38,091 nt of DNA, taken from positions 1 through 38,091 of the forward strand of contig JAZOSE010000118.1 of assembly GCA_045656965.1 (NCBI GenBank), read 5' to 3'. The translations under genes were made by a program, and so were the position numbers. The DNA is from Eubacteriales bacterium. GTDB lineage: Bacteria > Bacillota > Clostridia > Oscillospirales > CAG-272. The number at the start of each line of letters is the position of its first letter. The stretch's first letter is position 1. The notes under the pieces were generated by a model. That model ran no database searches. It was given only the letters and a program-made list of their open reading frames with translations, and had not been told where the DNA came from. This document shows positions 34,933-38,091 of this stretch, one piece after another.

Positions 34933-35829
34933 GTGACCGATATAGAAAAATATAGCTCTTGCACCCTCTGTCCGCGCGCGTGTCACGCCGATAGGGAAAG
35001 CGGAAAAAACGGTGTTTGTCATAGCCCCGCCACGCCTCTTGTTGCCCACAGTATGCTTCACGCGTGGGAGGAGCCCTGCCTTTCGGGAAACAACGGCTCG
35101 GGTACCGTCTTTTTCTCGGGTTGTCCTCTTGGCTGTATCTATTGCCAAAATGAGAAAATATCCCGTGGCGGCGTTGGAAGGGCATATTCTGCCGAGGATT
35201 TAGCCGCACTTTATCTTTCCCTTGAAGAAAAGGGCGCGCACAACGTCAACCTCGTTACCGCCGCGCACTACGCGCCGCACATCATCTCTTCCGTAGCGCT
35301 TGCGAGAAAAGCGGGGCTCTCCGTTCCCGTCGTTTATAACACGAGCGGCTATGAGAGCGTAGACACCCTTCGCGCACTTGAAAGCACCGTGGATATCTAT
35401 TTGACGGATTTTCGCTATTCCCGTTTTGAAACCGCGAGGGAATATTCCTTTGCCTCCGATTATCCTCCCGTTGCTGCCGCCGCGCTCGCGGAAATGGTAA
35501 AGCAAAAGCCGAAGCCCGACCTTGACGAGATGGGTCTTATGAAAAGCGGCGTTATCGTCCGTATCCTTCTTTTGCCTTCGCACCTGATCGAGGCAAAAAT
35601 GATTTTAAAGAGTGTCTTTGAGGCGTACGGAGACAACGTTTATATCAGTCTTATGAGCCAGTATACGCCCGTTAAGGAATTTCCCGAGCATCCCCATCTT
35701 TCCTCTTGCGTTAGTGCGTCGGACTATCGCTCGCTTGTGGAATATGCCCAAGCACTCGGTGTAAAAAACGCCTTTATTCAAGAGGGAAGCGCCGCTTCGG
35801 AGAGCTTTATTCCGAATTTTGAGGGATAA
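34933..35829 (+). CDS. Radical SAM protein (PflX-like putative activating enzyme)
   Basis: CxxxCxxC cluster FFSGCPLGCIYCQN, plus an N-terminal Cys motif CTLCPRACHADR..GVC. GTG start with RBS GGGAGG. Confidence 0.85.
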   Translation: MTDIEKYSSCTLCPRACHADRESGKNGVCHSPATPLVAHSMLHAWEEPCLSGNNGSGTVFFSGCPLGCIYCQNEKISRGGVGRAYSAEDLAALYLSLEEKGAHNVNLVTAAHYAPHIISSVALARKAGLSVPVVYNTSGYESVDTLRALESTVDIYLTDFRYSRFETAREYSFASDYPPVAAAALAEMVKQKPKPDLDEMGLMKSGVIVRILLLPSHLIEAKMILKSVFEAYGDNVYISLMSQYTPVKEFPEHPHLSSCVSASDYRSLVEYAQALGVKNAFIQEGSAASESFIPNFEG

Positions 35830-35865
35830 AAATGCGAACTTTTGCGAAAAAGCGTGCAAAAGCCC

Positions 35866-35894
35866 TTTACAATATTAATATTTAATGATATAAT
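35866..35894 (+). promoter_or_regulatory. Putative sigma-A promoter of mtaB-glyQS
   Basis: TTTACA - 17 nt - TATAAT, with an extended -10 (TGaTATAAT). Confidence 0.55.
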
Positions 35895-35928
35895 TACAAA
35901 ATAATGCGAGAAAAGGAGAGCGACGAAA

Positions 35929-37221
35929 ATGTATACCGTAGCACTCTCATCGCTTGGCTGCAAGGTCTCTCAATACGAGACTGAGGCGGTCAAGGAGGCA
36001 TTCCTTTCTCGCGGCTTCTCCGTGGTCGACTTTTCCGAGAAGGCGGACGTGTACGTTATCAACACCTGTACCGTCACCGCCGAAAGTGACCGCAAATGCC
36101 GACAGGTCATTCGCCGTGCGCACAGATCTAACCCCGATGCCGTTCTTATGGTCATGGGGTGCTACGCACAGCGCTCTGCCGATGAAATAATCAAAATAGA
36201 GGGCGTTTCCTACGTTTCGGGAACCAACGGAAAAATGAAAATTCCCGAAGAGGCGGAAAAGCTCTTAAAGCAAAGAGAAGAAGCCCCCGTTCTCGCCGTT
36301 ACCTCGCTTGACGGTGCCCCCTTCGAAAAAATGAGTGTATACGGTACACCGCGCACCCGCGCCTATTTAAAGATTGAGGACGGATGCGAATGTAAATGCG
36401 CCTATTGTGCCATACCGAGCGCGCGGGGCAACGTTCGCTCCAAGGCTCCCGAGGACGTGCTTGCGGAGCTGGAAACGCTCGCTATGGGCGGCACACGCGA
36501 GGTGGTCTTAACGGGCATTGAAACAGCATCGTACGGTGCCGATCTTGACGGATACCGTCTCATTGACCTGCTTGAGGATATCGACGTAAAAAGCTCCGTT
36601 GAGCGAATCCGCCTCGGTTCACTCACTCCCGAAATGATGCGCGAGGACGTGGTCCTTCGCCTCTCTCGCCTAAAAAAGCTGGTTCCGCACTTTCATCTGT
36701 CGATGCAAAGTGGCTCAAGCGGAGTTTTAAAGCGAATGAAGCGCCGTTATAACGCCGAAATGGCACTCGCCGCGCTCGAGCGCCTTCGTGCCGCATTCCC
36801 CACCGTGCAGTTTACCACCGATATGATGGTCGGCTTTCCCGGGGAAACCGAAGATGAGTTTGAAGAAACGCTTGCCTTTACCGAAAGGGCGCGCTTTTTG
36901 GATATGCACGTCTTTGCCTACTCACGAAGGAAAAACACCGAGGCAGACGAATATAAGGATCAAATCCCCGAATGCGTCAAGCGCGAGAGAAGCGCGCGCC
37001 TGATCGCTCTTGCCGCTGCCTTGCGTGAGGAGAATTTGAAGGAAATCGTGAAAAGAGGGAAGCCTCTCACCGTTCTTTTTGAAACGTACGAGGGCGGTCT
37101 TTGGCACGGTCACTCCGACGAGTTTGCCCCTGTTGCCGTAAGAAGCGACGAGGATTTACACGGAGAGATGCGAAGCGTTCTTCCGCTTTCCGCCTCCCCC
37201 ACCGAAATATTCGGTGAATGA
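35929..37221 (+). CDS. mtaB: tRNA t6A37 methylthiotransferase (MiaB-like, MtaB type)
   Basis: N-terminal UPF0004 domain ([11 protein letters not shown] ... VINTCTVT), radical SAM cluster [12 protein letters not shown] and a C-terminal TRAM-like region. Confidence 0.9.
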   Translation: MYTVALSSLGCKVSQYETEAVKEAFLSRGFSVVDFSEKADVYVINTCTVTAESDRKCRQVIRRAHRSNPDAVLMVMGCYAQRSADEIIKIEGVSYVSGTNGKMKIPEEAEKLLKQREEAPVLAVTSLDGAPFEKMSVYGTPRTRAYLKIEDGCECKCAYCAIPSARGNVRSKAPEDVLAELETLAMGGTREVVLTGIETASYGADLDGYRLIDLLEDIDVKSSVERIRLGSLTPEMMREDVVLRLSRLKKLVPHFHLSMQSGSSGVLKRMKRRYNAEMALAALERLRAAFPTVQFTTDMMVGFPGETEDEFEETLAFTERARFLDMHVFAYSRRKNTEADEYKDQIPECVKRERSARLIALAAALREENLKEIVKRGKPLTVLFETYEGGLWHGHSDEFAPVAVRSDEDLHGEMRSVLPLSASPTEIFGE

Positions 37222-37259
37222 AACAGTTTATAAAAATATATCATAAATGGAGTAAAACA

Positions 37260-38091
37260 ATGGACAACAGACAGAAAACGATGGACAAAATCGTGGCACT
37301 TTGCAAAAACCGCGGTTTTATTTTCCCCGGCTCCGAGATCTATGGCGGTCTTGCCAACTCTTGGGATTACGGACCTCTCGGCGTTGAGTTCAAAAACAAC
37401 GTAAAGCGCGCTTGGTGGAAGAAGTTCGTGCAGGAGTCCCGCTACAACGTGGGTCTTGACAGCGCGATCATTATGAACCCTCAGGCGTGGGTCGCATCGG
37501 GTCACGTCGGCGGCTTCTCCGATCCTCTTATGGACTGCAAGGGCTGTAAGGCACGTCACCGTGCGGACAAGCTTATCGAGGAGTATGCCTTCCAGCACGG
37601 CACCGACGATAATCCTGCAGGCTGGACCTTTGAAGAGATGGCAGAGTATATCAAGGAAAAGGACATCGCATGCCCTGATTGTGGCGGCAAGGACTTCACC
37701 GATATTAAGAAGTTCAATCTGATGTTCAAGACCTTTATCGGTGTTACCGAGGACTCGACGAACACCGTTTATCTCCGTCCCGAGACCGCACAGGGTATCT
37801 TCGTAAACTTCGCTTCGGTACAAAGAGCAACGAGAAAGAAGCTCCCCTTCGGCGTTTGCCAGGTGGGTAAATCCTTCCGTAACGAGATCACTCCCGGTAA
37901 CTTCGTATTCCGCACCCGTGAGTTTGAGCAAATGGAGCTTGAGTTCTTCTGCAAGCCCGGCACTGACCTTGAATGGTTTGCTTATTGGAAGGATTACTGC
38001 AAAAAGTGGCTGCTCGATCTTGGCATGAGAGAGGAAAATCTCCGCTTGCGTGACCATGATCCCGAGGAGCTTGCCTTCTATTCCAAGGGCA
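37260..38091 (+). CDS. glyQS: Glycine--tRNA ligase (alpha2 type), N-terminal part; it runs off the window end and so is absent from the ORF track
   Basis: My own translation from the ATG at 37260 gives [114 protein letters not shown]. The frame stays open to 38091. Confidence 0.92.
   Translation, partial: MDNRQKTMDKIVALCKNRGFIFPGSEIYGGLANSWDYGPLGVEFKNNVKRAWWKKFVQESRYNVGLDSAIIMNPQAWVASGHVGGFSDPLMDCKGCKARHRADKLIEEYAFQHGTDDNPAGWTFEEMAEYIKEKDIACPDCGGKDFTDIKKFNLMFKTFIGVTEDSTNTVYLRPETAQGIFVNFASVQRATRKKLPFGVCQVGKSFRNEITPGNFVFRTREFEQMELEFFCKPGTDLEWFAYWKDYCKKWLLDLGMREENLRLRDHDPEELAFYSKG

Noticed and set aside
37222-37259. Expected T-box leader upstream of glyQS.
   Set aside because: Only 38 nt separate mtaB from glyQS, too short for a T-box. 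glyQS is probably co-transcribed with mtaB from the promoter at 35866-35894.

Overview
This is a 38-kb chromosomal segment that looks like Firmicutes/Clostridia. The evidence for that is CotF-like and MecA genes, SipW/TasA-type secretion, TGnTATAAT promoters, the ylxM-ffh-rpsP-khpA gene order, and Rho-independent terminators after most units. Most genes are housekeeping: tpiA (partial), a PPIase, rpsT, ffh, rpsP, prfB, malQ, ligA, dapA, queA, rlmA-like, ruvX, trmB, mtaB and glyQS (partial). Two stretches look accessory.

(1) 4.3-10.5 kb. A small tyrosine recombinase is followed directly by three copies of an 18-bp core-type site. Two of the copies are inverted and bracket a 232-bp segment carrying a near-consensus promoter. 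This is a candidate invertible promoter, assembled in the ON orientation. It points into a five-gene operon: a TetR regulator, a Cys-rich protein, a SipW-type signal peptidase, and two proteins with SipW-cognate (TasA/camelysin-type) signal peptides, one of them fused to a beta-helix-like domain. The operon ends in three tandem ~160-bp repeats that look derived from the adjacent tRNA-Gly(CCC), each with its own terminator hairpin. I consider this block the most likely undescribed system: a recombinase-switched, phase-variable TasA-like fibre/adhesin locus.

(2) 30.2-34.8 kb. This block has a tandem-duplicated RadC/JAB protein, a LOG-family protein, and a cluster of ADP-ribosylglycohydrolase, vWA protein and macro-domain-HTH fusion.

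All calls rest on reading the sequence and the ORF translations. No database search was run.
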